A stretch of 32,000 nucleotides of DNA from Candidatus Woesearchaeota archaeon (GCA_016185605.1 JACPNG010000022.1:2139-34138), one strand, 5' to 3'; positions 15,330-24,351 are shown, counted from the stretch's first letter. Numbers and translations are program-made. Notes: generated from the letters alone by a model not told the origin.

Positions 15330-17054
15330 TTATTTATTAAACAATTTTTCAGCAATGGAAGCAAATGCTGGCCTTGTGATAAACACCCCAATACTTGTTC
15401 CTATAATTGTTGTTACAGCAAATCCCCTTACTAATCCAGCCCCTGCATTCCACAATGGTATCATTGTTACAACAGTTGTGGCGTAAGCCCCCATTATTAT
15501 GAAGAATGCCCTCTTGATTCTTTCTTTCCAGTTTAGATTTTGAGACTCTCCAGACATTATTTCATCTGTTATAATTATTTGATGGTCTACTCCTGTTCCT
15601 ATGGAAGCAATAATTCCAGCTATGGCAACCAAATCAAGATTCCATTTTATTAATGAGGCAGCCCCTAATATTATTATTAATTCACTTATACTTGTAATCA
15701 TTATTGGGATTAATATTTTTATTTTTCTGTATCTAAGATAAACAACCAAGGCTACAGCAATTAAAGCAACAATTCCAACTAATAAGGCATTTTGCACAAA
15801 ATTATTGCCTACTATTGGGGAGATAGAATCTAGTTTTAGTATCTCTATCTTAAATGGCAATGATCCTGTAATAAGAACACTCTGCAGTTCATTCATATTC
15901 TTTGAGGCGTCATCAATGGCTGCATTCCTTGTAGAGCCGAATCCAGGGCCGCTTATGGATATTTGAGTAGTTTCTAACCCTTTTAATTCAGAGCCTATCT
16001 GCAAGCTATTAACAAGCCTGTCATCTAAGTATAAGTCTAGAGTCTTGTCTAATCTTGATCCAGAATCTTCTTGTATTATATTCAATTTTTGGGTGACTTC
16101 TGAATGTCTTTTAGCTGCCTCTTCGCTTAGTGTTATTGCAAACTGAAATATGCATTGATTATTCCCTTCAAAAACATCGCAATTAGTTATTGTGGCGCAA
16201 GTTCCATCATCTTTGCAGACAAATGGAATGTCCTTATTGCCTCCAATAAATACTATATCATCTCCAATCTTGGCTTCGAATTTGCCCTGCTGGGATATCT
16301 TTTCTTTTACTTCCTCGCTGTCAGCGCCAGATATTTCTATTAAGACTAATTTTTCACTTCCTATATTAGCTGGCCTTATCTTTATGTCAGATAATCCATA
16401 GACATTTAATCTTTTTTCTATGACATCTATTAAATTTTCTATATCTAAGTCAGTTATCTCATTGTCAGACACGGGCTTTATTAATGCCCTTGTTCCCCCC
16501 TCAAGATCAAGGCCCTTTTTTAGATTAGTGATTTTATTCTTGGAAACAGACATTTTTGGAATGGTATTTGTGGAATAAGAATAGATTGATTCAGATGTTG
16601 TTATGATTATTGGCTTTTTTGGAAATAAATCTTCTATTGCTTTGTTAAAATCCCCAGCATCATTAATCTCTTTTTTGTTAATGCTGATTATTTTTTCTTT
16701 AATCTTTAGATTTGGCTCTCTTGCAGAAATTATAGTTAGATTATCATGTATAAATCCAATATTATCGCTTGCATTGTAATTATATATTCCTTTGTCTGTT
16801 TTAAGCTCTATTTCTTTAGTCGGATTGGAGTATTTTGATATAGCATTGTAATAATCTGCTATTGTACTTATCTCAATATCATTGACTGATTTTAGAATCT
16901 CCCCATTATTTATTCCATGCTGTTCTTCTATACTTCCTGGCTCTACATTTGTTATCTCTATGCCAGAAGCCCACGGGTTTAGATTAATTGCATATATTGA
17001 TATGACTAAAGCTATTATCAATATCCATAATCTTGGTGTTATTTTCTTAAGCAT
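15330..17054 (-). CDS. secD: protein-export membrane protein SecD
   Basis: 574 aa with an N-terminal TM and a large extracytoplasmic domain. The C-terminal 6-TM bundle carries GTGVDHQIIITDEI (compare the SecD consensus G..vDanVlIfERi). It lies downstream of secF, as in archaeal secFD operons, with an 8-nt overlap. Confidence 0.85.
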   Translation of the reverse strand: MLKKITPRLWILIIALVISIYAINLNPWASGIEITNVEPGSIEEQHGINNGEILKSVNDIEISTIADYYNAISKYSNPTKEIELKTDKGIYNYNASDNIGFIHDNLTIISAREPNLKIKEKIISINKKEINDAGDFNKAIEDLFPKKPIIITTSESIYSYSTNTIPKMSVSKNKITNLKKGLDLEGGTRALIKPVSDNEITDLDIENLIDVIEKRLNVYGLSDIKIRPANIGSEKLVLIEISGADSEEVKEKISQQGKFEAKIGDDIVFIGGNKDIPFVCKDDGTCATITNCDVFEGNNQCIFQFAITLSEEAAKRHSEVTQKLNIIQEDSGSRLDKTLDLYLDDRLVNSLQIGSELKGLETTQISISGPGFGSTRNAAIDDASKNMNELQSVLITGSLPFKIEILKLDSISPIVGNNFVQNALLVGIVALIAVALVVYLRYRKIKILIPIMITSISELIIILGAASLIKWNLDLVAIAGIIASIGTGVDHQIIITDEIMSGESQNLNWKERIKRAFFIIMGAYATTVVTMIPLWNAGAGLVRGFAVTTIIGTSIGVFITRPAFASIAEKLFNK

Positions 17055-17988
17055 TTTTATTCACATAGTTTAGCAGTAGGTTTGTATTTAGTGCATATGT
17101 CATTATTATATCCACAACCAACCCTATCATCAATATCAAAAACATCTCCTTTATGACAAATGAGTTTGAGATAAAATAGCCGATAAATAAAGCAGCTATT
17201 GTTGTGGCTGTCATGGTCAATCCTGTCTTGATTGATTTTATTATTCTAGTCTCTACAGGGTCTTCTTTTCTTTTTATCATTCTTGTGCTCAATAGTATGT
17301 CTGTGTCTACTGAATATCCCATTAGCAATAACAATGCAGCTATTCCGGCAGTTGATACCTTTAATCCCATTAAGTCAATGACTGCTATGGTAACGGCCAT
17401 ATCGGAAAATGCAGCTGAGATTACAGCTATAGACGGAACAATTGATCTGTATATGGACACTACAACTATGCTCATCAATATAAATGATATTATTAATGAA
17501 ACTAACATCTGCCTGTAAAATAATTTTCCCAGGCTGGGACCTGTCTCCTCGACAGAATAATTCTCTTTTGTTAATTTTATATTTGTTATTTTTTCTAAAG
17601 ATGATCTTAATTCGTCATTTTTTACATCAGAGCTTTCAATTAAGATTCCTATCTGGTTGTCTGAGCCGAATTCTGTTAATTTTCTTATTGTTACATCTTT
17701 GCTTGTTTCTAGTTCAAGCTGCTTTTCCAGATTTGGGAATTCAATTTCTGTACTAAGTGCAGCGCTGATTCCGCCCTGCAATGATACATCTTTATTGAAT
17801 AAGTCCCCTGTTTTGTAATACTGGCTGCCAATAATAAGCAAGCTTAATGCTAATAGTAATATTGGAAGAATAATAAGCTTTTTTAGGTTCTTAAAATAAA
17901 TCTCTTTTATGCCCATTATTTTAAAAATAAAATGACCATTTATAACTTTTTTGTATCTGGATTTATCAAAATATTTATATAATCTCAT
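17047..17988 (-). CDS. secF: protein-export membrane protein SecF
   Basis: The motifs are ...DVSLQGG... followed by the TM bundle with GYSVDTDILLSTRMIKRKE (compare the SecF consensus GYSinDtiVvfDRiRE). The start may be the internal Met at 17916. Confidence 0.85.
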   Translation of the reverse strand: MRLYKYFDKSRYKKVINGHFIFKIMGIKEIYFKNLKKLIILPILLLALSLLIIGSQYYKTGDLFNKDVSLQGGISAALSTEIEFPNLEKQLELETSKDVTIRKLTEFGSDNQIGILIESSDVKNDELRSSLEKITNIKLTKENYSVEETGPSLGKLFYRQMLVSLIISFILMSIVVVSIYRSIVPSIAVISAAFSDMAVTIAVIDLMGLKVSTAGIAALLLLMGYSVDTDILLSTRMIKRKEDPVETRIIKSIKTGLTMTATTIAALFIGYFISNSFVIKEMFLILMIGLVVDIIMTYALNTNLLLNYVNKNA

Positions 17989-18003
17989 TATCTACTAGTT
18001 AAT

Positions 18004-18771
18004 ATGAAAAAAGTTGTGATAGTCTTATTCTTATTGACAACATTATTTATTAGCGCATGCTCTAAAGAAGTAGTTAATGAGTCAAGCTTCTGCAAAAAGC
18101 CTTATTTTGAATTCAAGAAAGGGGAATGCTGTTTAGACAATAATAATAATTCTGTCTGCGACGAATCAGAGCCGAAGGAAGAAGTTAAATCTGAAATGCC
18201 TGCTCCAGAACAAGATAAGGTTGAAGAAGCTGTTGTTGAAGAGATAAAAGAGCCAGTAATAACACAGCCGGAAGAGCCGAAAGAAGAGACATTTAAGATG
18301 AGTGTCGGAGATATAGTAAAATTCAATAAATTAGAGATTAAACTGCTCGAGCTTAATATTGGGGAAAATTTAAATGCTGTTTTCGATGTTGGAGGCAAAA
18401 AAACAACAATCTTTAACACTAAAAATATAGATATAGTCGGGGATCTCTCCCTTTACATAGACACTATTGCTGGCTCTGGAGATGACACCAGCTTAAACTT
18501 AGTTGTAAAAAAATATACATTAGACCCAGATAGTTATTTAGTAAGGTTTGGAGACACATTAAACATAGGTGGAAAAAGCATCTATATAAGGGATATAATG
18601 AAGGGAGAGAAAGAAGAAGCCATATTAATAGATGTGGGAACTTTGCTTAAAGAAAGGATACAAGAAGGAAGATCAGAAACTTATGACAATGTGGAAATCA
18701 CAAATGTAAAAGTGTTTTTCAAGGGAAGTAAATTAGAAAATTACGCCCTTTTAAAGATAGTAACAAAATAG
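18004..18771 (+). CDS. putative lipoprotein with Cys-rich N-terminal stretch, Glu/Pro linker and two beta-rich repeats
   Basis: 255 aa with a lipobox (LLTTLFISACSKE), then CKKPYFEFKKGECCLDNNNNSVCDE, then an EPKEE-type linker. Confidence 0.7.
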   Translation: MKKVVIVLFLLTTLFISACSKEVVNESSFCKKPYFEFKKGECCLDNNNNSVCDESEPKEEVKSEMPAPEQDKVEEAVVEEIKEPVITQPEEPKEETFKMSVGDIVKFNKLEIKLLELNIGENLNAVFDVGGKKTTIFNTKNIDIVGDLSLYIDTIAGSGDDTSLNLVVKKYTLDPDSYLVRFGDTLNIGGKSIYIRDIMKGEKEEAILIDVGTLLKERIQEGRSETYDNVEITNVKVFFKGSKLENYALLKIVTK

Positions 18772-18797
18772 AGATAAAAAAACTTTAAATATACTCA

Positions 18798-21452
18798 TTG
18801 TTCTATATTAGTGTGGAAAAAAGAGGAGCAGATAATAATAAAATCCAAGTAGTTATAATTATATTCTTATTAGCTTTAGGATTATTAATAGCAATTTATT
18901 CAAGCAATACAGGATTTATTACATTGCAGCATACAAATCCAGAATTAGGAATAGTATTAGACAAGGATTCTTATGATTTTAATGAAACCATAAATGGAAA
19001 TATAACCATTGATTTTAAGGGCCCAGTTAATGCTTATACAAATCTCTCAATAAGCTTTGGGGATTTTGAATATCGAAAAAATATAAAAGAAGTTATCTTT
19101 CAATTAGGAAAGACATTTTCCAGCACAAAAGATGAAATCAAAGCTGTAAATCCAAGTGACTCAAAAATAGTTGTTTATGAAGATTCAGGCAAAAAACTTT
19201 TTGGGTTTAAATTACCTTTGGGAGTTACTATTAATTCTGTTGATATGAACATATTCAGCGAGTTATATAGTAATAGCTATCCTTCTTCTTTGTCATTAGA
19301 TATTGGAGATGATAATAACTTAGAATGGCAATATCTGGGGGAGTTTTCTGGCTGGAAAGAAAACTATATAATATCGCCAACTTTGGACATTAGCGTAACT
19401 CCAGCTACTACAAAAATAGAAGATAATAATAAATATTATTGCAGCTTGTTAAATTTGCCTTTATCAAGAAATTTTGAGATATCCTCAAACTATAGGTTAT
19501 TTAATGAGACAACTATTGGGGGTAATATAACAGCCAAGATAATGAATTATGACCTTTCATTAGATATAGAATCCAATATAATTGGTAATTGTGACCTGCC
19601 AGAGCCTTCAACAACATTCAGCTGGAATAGCTGTAGTGTAAGCATTCCTAATTCAATAGAGGGGGATTTTCTAGTCTGTCTGAAAAATGAGAATAATGTT
19701 GGAGCTTACAGGATTGCAAGCGATTTCTCAAGTTCGCAGAATACATATACATGTGATATGGAATCCGGCTGCATTGAAGAAGAATTTCCTGATTATTTTA
19801 TAAGGGCAAGAGGGGCAAATTATAATGTTACATTTACCAAACCAATGAAATTATCCGAGGCTAATTCTAATTTAGAATATCTGAAAAATTCGATTCAGGA
19901 AGAATTGGATAATTGCGGAATAATAGAAAATAACTTTTGCATAATTCCAATGTCAGTAGGTTCAGCATCCAAAGGAAAGATATTCTTAACTGAATTATTA
20001 ATTGAATTGGACAATGTAGAATATAACATAATATATGAGCTGATAAATATTCCTGGGTTTATATATGAAATAAATAAAATGCCAATAGAGAATGTCTCTT
20101 TGAGCTTGTCCCTTAAGCAGTTTAACCTGACTTTAAAAGATAAATCGGAAACATTGGATGTTGCATTACTTCCTGGAACATCAATAAGCGAAGAAGTCTT
20201 ATTATTTGAATTTGATAAAGATGAATTATTAAATGATATAAACAATTTAGAAAAAGAACTAAACAAAATTAAAATTAATTCTTTATCTTCGTATTTTGAT
20301 TATAATTTAAACCAATATCTCTTGCAGTTAAACCAATATAAAAGTGAGGCAAGTTCACTATCTAATCTTTCTGGATCTGAGGCGTTGAAAGCAGCTAAAA
20401 TCATAGAAGACAGGATAAATTTATTCAAAAATAATCTTCCTTTAAGCGTAGCTGAAAAAGAGATAGTTAAGGATATTATAATTCCAGAATTAAAAGATTT
20501 AGACAATATTGTAGATAGCAACCAAAAATCAGCGGTTTACAATCTTCAGAATAAAGTCCAGACAAATGTTGAAGCAACAGCCATAGAATCAGTGTCATAT
20601 TCAGGAAAGAAAGACATAAAAACATTGATCAAAAAAACAATTATACCAAAAGAAAATTTGGAAAATGTATTTGTTTATGAAGTAATTCCGAAAAGTGCAG
20701 CCAATTCAATTCAAAATGTTAAGCTTCTAGATAATTTTGAGGTTTTTGAGCCTGATCCAGTAATAAGAAAAAAATTTATTAGGTTAAATAAAAATATTCC
20801 TGTAGAATTTAGTTATTTAATTGATAATGATATAATAAGCCAGATAAATGAGTTAAAAACATTAATACTGCCTTTAGATATTCCAAAATCTGAGTCCAAA
20901 AAAATAACAGAAAAAGAAAATTATGAATGCGGAGACAATATATGCTCTATACCATTTGAGGATGATATAAGCTGTCCAATAGATTGTGAAAGAAAAATTC
21001 CGTGGAATTATATAATAATTGGGATTGTAATAATATTATTGGGAATATTATACCTAAACTTTTACAAAGGAAAATTTGACTTTAGAACATTAACCAAAGG
21101 AAAGAATCCATTCAAAAATAAGGATGATCTGGAAAGCGTAAAGAAATTTATTAAAAATTCATTAAACAATGACATAGACAAGAAAAATATAAGCAAGGCT
21201 TTATCGCAAAAAGGCTGGAATAAAAATCAGATACTCTATGCTTTTGAGGATATTGAGTGGGAGCAGAGATGGGTTTTGATAAAAATGGAGGCTCCGGATA
21301 AAAATAACAGCATAAAGATACTTAAAAATTATATAAAGAAATGCAGAAAGTCAAGAGTGGATGATAATAAAATAAGAATCATATTATCTGGTAAAGGATG
21401 GACAGAGCAGCAGATAGATGAAGGATTTAAAAAGGCGAAAAAATGGTTTTAG
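18798..21452 (+). CDS. large type-I surface protein with a cytoplasmic tail containing two KGW-type helical repeats
   Basis: 884 aa with an N-terminal TM (VVIIIFLLALGLLIAIY), many N-x-S/T sequons and CGDNICS...CPIDCE before a TM (YIIIGIVIILLGILYLNFY). The start is non-ATG: TTG at 18798, or GTG at 18813 placed ~25 nt after a TTTAAATATA box at 18784-18793. Confidence 0.75.
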   Translation: MFYISVEKRGADNNKIQVVIIIFLLALGLLIAIYSSNTGFITLQHTNPELGIVLDKDSYDFNETINGNITIDFKGPVNAYTNLSISFGDFEYRKNIKEVIFQLGKTFSSTKDEIKAVNPSDSKIVVYEDSGKKLFGFKLPLGVTINSVDMNIFSELYSNSYPSSLSLDIGDDNNLEWQYLGEFSGWKENYIISPTLDISVTPATTKIEDNNKYYCSLLNLPLSRNFEISSNYRLFNETTIGGNITAKIMNYDLSLDIESNIIGNCDLPEPSTTFSWNSCSVSIPNSIEGDFLVCLKNENNVGAYRIASDFSSSQNTYTCDMESGCIEEEFPDYFIRARGANYNVTFTKPMKLSEANSNLEYLKNSIQEELDNCGIIENNFCIIPMSVGSASKGKIFLTELLIELDNVEYNIIYELINIPGFIYEINKMPIENVSLSLSLKQFNLTLKDKSETLDVALLPGTSISEEVLLFEFDKDELLNDINNLEKELNKIKINSLSSYFDYNLNQYLLQLNQYKSEASSLSNLSGSEALKAAKIIEDRINLFKNNLPLSVAEKEIVKDIIIPELKDLDNIVDSNQKSAVYNLQNKVQTNVEATAIESVSYSGKKDIKTLIKKTIIPKENLENVFVYEVIPKSAANSIQNVKLLDNFEVFEPDPVIRKKFIRLNKNIPVEFSYLIDNDIISQINELKTLILPLDIPKSESKKITEKENYECGDNICSIPFEDDISCPIDCERKIPWNYIIIGIVIILLGILYLNFYKGKFDFRTLTKGKNPFKNKDDLESVKKFIKNSLNNDIDKKNISKALSQKGWNKNQILYAFEDIEWEQRWVLIKMEAPDKNNSIKILKNYIKKCRKSRVDDNKIRIILSGKGWTEQQIDEGFKKAKKWF

Positions 21453-21494
21453 CATAGAAAAATATATAAGGCATTTTTAAAAAGTTATATTTAT

Positions 21495-21614
21495 GCACCG
21501 GTAGTTTAGTGGCTAGAATCTCAGATGGCCAAAATGTCGGCCTTCCAAATTCCTTTCGAAATTCAATGGGTATGACGAGAGCCGAGGACCCGGGTTCAAA
21601 TCCCGGCCGGTGCA
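21495..21614 (+). tRNA. tRNA-Gly: tRNA-Gly (anticodon UCC) with two introns: ~16 nt at the D-arm/anticodon-stem junction and 32 nt at 37/38
   Basis: Acceptor GCACCGG/CCGGTGC plus discriminator A; D-arm GTTT-AGTGGCTA-GAAT; about 16 extra nt; anticodon stem TCGGC/GCCGA with loop CTTCCA[32 nt]A. The variable loop is 4 nt (GGAC). T-arm CCGGG-TTCAAAT-CCCGG. It is 120 nt against ~72 nt for the mature form. Confidence 0.75.
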
Positions 21615-21659
21615 CTTAATAATAGATAAATTTTAATAATCAAATTCTGTTTTACATTA

Positions 21660-22289
21660 ATGGTCAAAAATAGTATAATGCTATTCTGCGCCCATTCAGA
21701 TGATGCTGAGATTGGCTGCGGTGGAACAATTCTAAAATTTAAAAAAGAGAAGAAAAAAATAATCCATATAGTCTTTTCTTACGGGGAAAAAAGCCATCCG
21801 CACATGATGGCAAAAGTAATAGCTAAGAAAAGGGAAAAGGAAACATATGACATGGATAATATCTTAAAGAGAAAAACAATATTTCTTGGCCTGAAAGAAG
21901 GGGAATTTAAGAATAATATAGATGAAACAAAGAATAGAATTATAGAAATTATAAAAAAGAACAAGCCAGAAAAAATATATACATTATCCTCTTTAGACCC
22001 CCATCCAGATCATAGGGCAGTCAATAATATAGTCATGGAAGCTATAGCTGAAATAAACTTTAAAGGGGATATTTACTCATTTGAGGTATGGAATCTAATA
22101 AATGAGAATAAGCCAGTATCTTATGTTGACATAACAGAAACATTCAAAGAAAAATTAAACTTACTTAAACACTTTAAAAGCCAGTGGATGTCAGTTTATA
22201 TACAATTATTGCCTGTCATCATAAGGGCAAAATTATACGGCTATAAGAATAATTGTAAATATGCTGAAAAATTTTACAAATTAAGATAA
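21660..22289 (+). CDS. PIG-L/LmbE-family N-acetylglucosaminyl deacetylase
   Basis: The motif is LFCAHSDDAEIGCGGTI (AHPDDE-type) with a downstream HPDH (DPHPDHRAV). Confidence 0.8.
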   Translation: MVKNSIMLFCAHSDDAEIGCGGTILKFKKEKKKIIHIVFSYGEKSHPHMMAKVIAKKREKETYDMDNILKRKTIFLGLKEGEFKNNIDETKNRIIEIIKKNKPEKIYTLSSLDPHPDHRAVNNIVMEAIAEINFKGDIYSFEVWNLINENKPVSYVDITETFKEKLNLLKHFKSQWMSVYIQLLPVIIRAKLYGYKNNCKYAEKFYKLR

Positions 22290-22296
22290 AAAGAGG

Positions 22297-23346
22297 ATGA
22301 AACTTTTATTTGTTGTCACAGGATTTGCGTACGGAGATTCAATAAGGGTAGAATCAATAATAAATGAATTTCTGAAAAGGGACAAGTCTAATGAGGTTAT
22401 AATTCTGGGATATGACCATTCATACAGTTATTTCAAAAATAAATTCATGACATTGGAAATAGAAGGGTATAAATTTCCAGATTATGAATTAGAATTCAAG
22501 ACGCACAGATTTTTAATCAAGAATTATTATCTTCCATTTTCGTGGATTACAACTTGGAGAAAGCACAGAAAGATATTGAAATTATTTAATCCAGACTTAA
22601 TCATATCGGATTTCGAGCCAATGGCAATATTAATTGCAAAGTCATTGAATAAAAAATGCATTTCTATATTTGGCTATGACCCTTCGGCATACAAGGAATA
22701 TAATAATAAAAATAACACTTTGAACATTCAATCAAGATTTATAGAAAAGATTTATGAAAATTCTGACTATGTAATAATACCCTCATTTAGAAAAAGAAAA
22801 AACTTTTCAAATATAAACTATGTCAATCCAATAATAAGGGAATATAAACAAAAAAGAAATTTAATGAAGAAACTTGGATTAAAAAAGCATCCCATACTAA
22901 TCATGCTGGGAGGTTCAGATTATGGATTGGAATTGGCCAAGAAAATCCTGAACTTAGTCAAAAAGTACAATGAAGAATTCATTATCTTTGGCGGAACAAA
23001 GAAAATATCAAAAAATCACTTTAAGTTTAAAGAGAATTTCCTGGATTATTTAGCTGTATCAAAAGGAATAATAACCTTAGCAGGCAGTCTAACTTTATCA
23101 GAAGCATTAGCTATAAAAAAACCAATCCTAGCATTTCCGATAAAGAATCATGTTGAACAGCAGCTAAATGCTTTTTTAGTTAAAGATTATATTTCTATTG
23201 GAGATGAAAATATAGAAAAATCTTTATGCAACTTTATAGTTAATCTTAATAGTATCCAAAAAAAATTGAATAAAATAGATTTTAAGGGAAATGGCGCCAA
23301 ACAATTAGTAAGCTTATTATATAAGATAAAAAGGAGCAATAAATGA
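22297..23346 (+). CDS. GT-B glycosyltransferase (MurG/GT28-like, MJ1255-type)
   Basis: 349 aa. The motifs are ILIMLGGSDYG and the C-terminal GSLTLSEALAIKKPILAFPIKNHVEQQLNA, typical of the MurG-like donor-binding domain. Confidence 0.6.
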   Translation: MKLLFVVTGFAYGDSIRVESIINEFLKRDKSNEVIILGYDHSYSYFKNKFMTLEIEGYKFPDYELEFKTHRFLIKNYYLPFSWITTWRKHRKILKLFNPDLIISDFEPMAILIAKSLNKKCISIFGYDPSAYKEYNNKNNTLNIQSRFIEKIYENSDYVIIPSFRKRKNFSNINYVNPIIREYKQKRNLMKKLGLKKHPILIMLGGSDYGLELAKKILNLVKKYNEEFIIFGGTKKISKNHFKFKENFLDYLAVSKGIITLAGSLTLSEALAIKKPILAFPIKNHVEQQLNAFLVKDYISIGDENIEKSLCNFIVNLNSIQKKLNKIDFKGNGAKQLVSLLYKIKRSNK

Positions 23347-23828
23347 AACTATTAATATTGCTTTTATTAGCTGTTCCATTGGTATATGCTCAATGCAATG
23401 GATGCGATTATAATGGAAAATGCATCAATGTCGGAACCCAAGTCTTGACATCAGAATATGGGGAGCCAGTATACTGCAGTTCAGACAGAAAAATAGAATC
23501 AGCTAAGAACGAGAATGATGTATGCTTATTTGATTATGAATGCAGGAGTTTTTTCTGCGATGATGAGTGCAAAGCAATAAATTATGATGAAAACTTCAGC
23601 TTTGTTTATCTGTCATATGGGATAATATTTATCCTTATTGCTATATTAATATTTGCTTTGCTTAAATCAATTAAATTTAAGAGGAAAAAAAGAACTAATA
23701 TTTTAAATAAGAAGCCCATTAAGGTTGAATTAAAATCATTAAAGAAGAAACCAAACAGGTATGATAAGTTGGATGTAAATATAAATTCCTCAATGGAAAA
23801 GCTGAATGAATTATTCAAAAGAAAATGA
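23343..23828 (+). CDS. secreted Cys-rich protein with a TM anchor and a basic tail
   Basis: It has a signal peptide (LLILLLLAVPLVYAQ), CNGCDYNGKC...YCSS...VCLFDYECRSFFCDDEC, and a TM (IIFILIAILIFALL). An ATGA overlap joins it to the glycosyltransferase gene. Confidence 0.65.
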   Translation: MKLLILLLLAVPLVYAQCNGCDYNGKCINVGTQVLTSEYGEPVYCSSDRKIESAKNENDVCLFDYECRSFFCDDECKAINYDENFSFVYLSYGIIFILIAILIFALLKSIKFKRKKRTNILNKKPIKVELKSLKKKPNRYDKLDVNINSSMEKLNELFKRK

Positions 23829-24346
23829 AATTTGATATCAAGAACTTTTTGGGAATGACTTTAGTCAAATACAGCAAGATTGATATACTAAAGTTTTTTT
23901 TAATTATATTAATACCAAATATACTAAGGCAATTATTATACTATATAACTTATATTCAGACTAATTCCATTGGATTTATAGTAAGCTTTGAAACAGTCAA
24001 GATATACAATACATTTCCATTTTTAGGAGTATTAGAAGAGATAATAATTGGAATAATATTTACATTCTTTTGGTTTAAATTCATAAGATTAAGATTTTTT
24101 GCATATGGCTGGATTTCTGATGCTTTAATAGACTTTATTTCAGTCTTTAGCTGGATACTAATTGGATTTACGCCATTACAATTATTAGGATTTAACAATA
24201 TAACAGAGTTTTTATTTAGGGAGATAATATTATCATATCTTGTTTTGGGAATATTATTATTTAGATATAGGTTTAATATCAATAAATTAGTTTTAGGATT
24301 TACCGGATTCGGAATTTTAGTGCTTCTTATTAGTTTATTATCATAA
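23825..24346 (+). CDS. polytopic membrane protein, unknown function
   Basis: 173 aa with about five hydrophobic helices. An ATGA overlap joins it to the upstream gene. Confidence 0.6.
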   Translation: MKFDIKNFLGMTLVKYSKIDILKFFLIILIPNILRQLLYYITYIQTNSIGFIVSFETVKIYNTFPFLGVLEEIIIGIIFTFFWFKFIRLRFFAYGWISDALIDFISVFSWILIGFTPLQLLGFNNITEFLFREIILSYLVLGILLFRYRFNINKLVLGFTGFGILVLLISLLS

Positions 24347-24351
24347 ATAAA

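Noticed and set aside
16155-17756. Plus-strand ORFs within secD and secF (16155..16343, 16192..16401, 16882..17073, 17204..17518, 17484..17756).
   Set aside because: They are antisense to confidently identified secD and secF.
21548-21579. Possible C/D-box sRNA embedded in the tRNA intron, as in euryarchaeal tRNA-Trp introns.
   Set aside because: I found no RUGAUGA C box or CUGA D box pair in the 32-nt intron. Only a partial TATGAC is present.
21495-21614. Alternative reading of this tRNA as tRNA-Trp (CCA), with the loop shifted by one base.
   Set aside because: That reading needs a C31-A39 mismatch in the anticodon stem. The Gly(UCC) register gives a perfect 5-bp stem, a 4-nt variable loop and a GCACCGG acceptor typical of archaeal tRNA-Gly. 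It still needs a covariance-model check.
21427-21615. 62-aa minus-strand ORF (MHRPGFEPGSS...).
   Set aside because: It is the reverse complement of tRNA-Gly plus the 3' end of the 884-aa gene. The GC-rich tRNA creates the open frame.
21615-24351. Possible integrated mobile element or genomic island between tRNA-Gly and tRNA-Arg.
   Set aside because: I see no integrase, recombinase or transposase, and no direct repeat of a tRNA 3' end at the far boundary. The content is ordinary glycosylation and membrane genes. Only the tRNA bracketing is noted.
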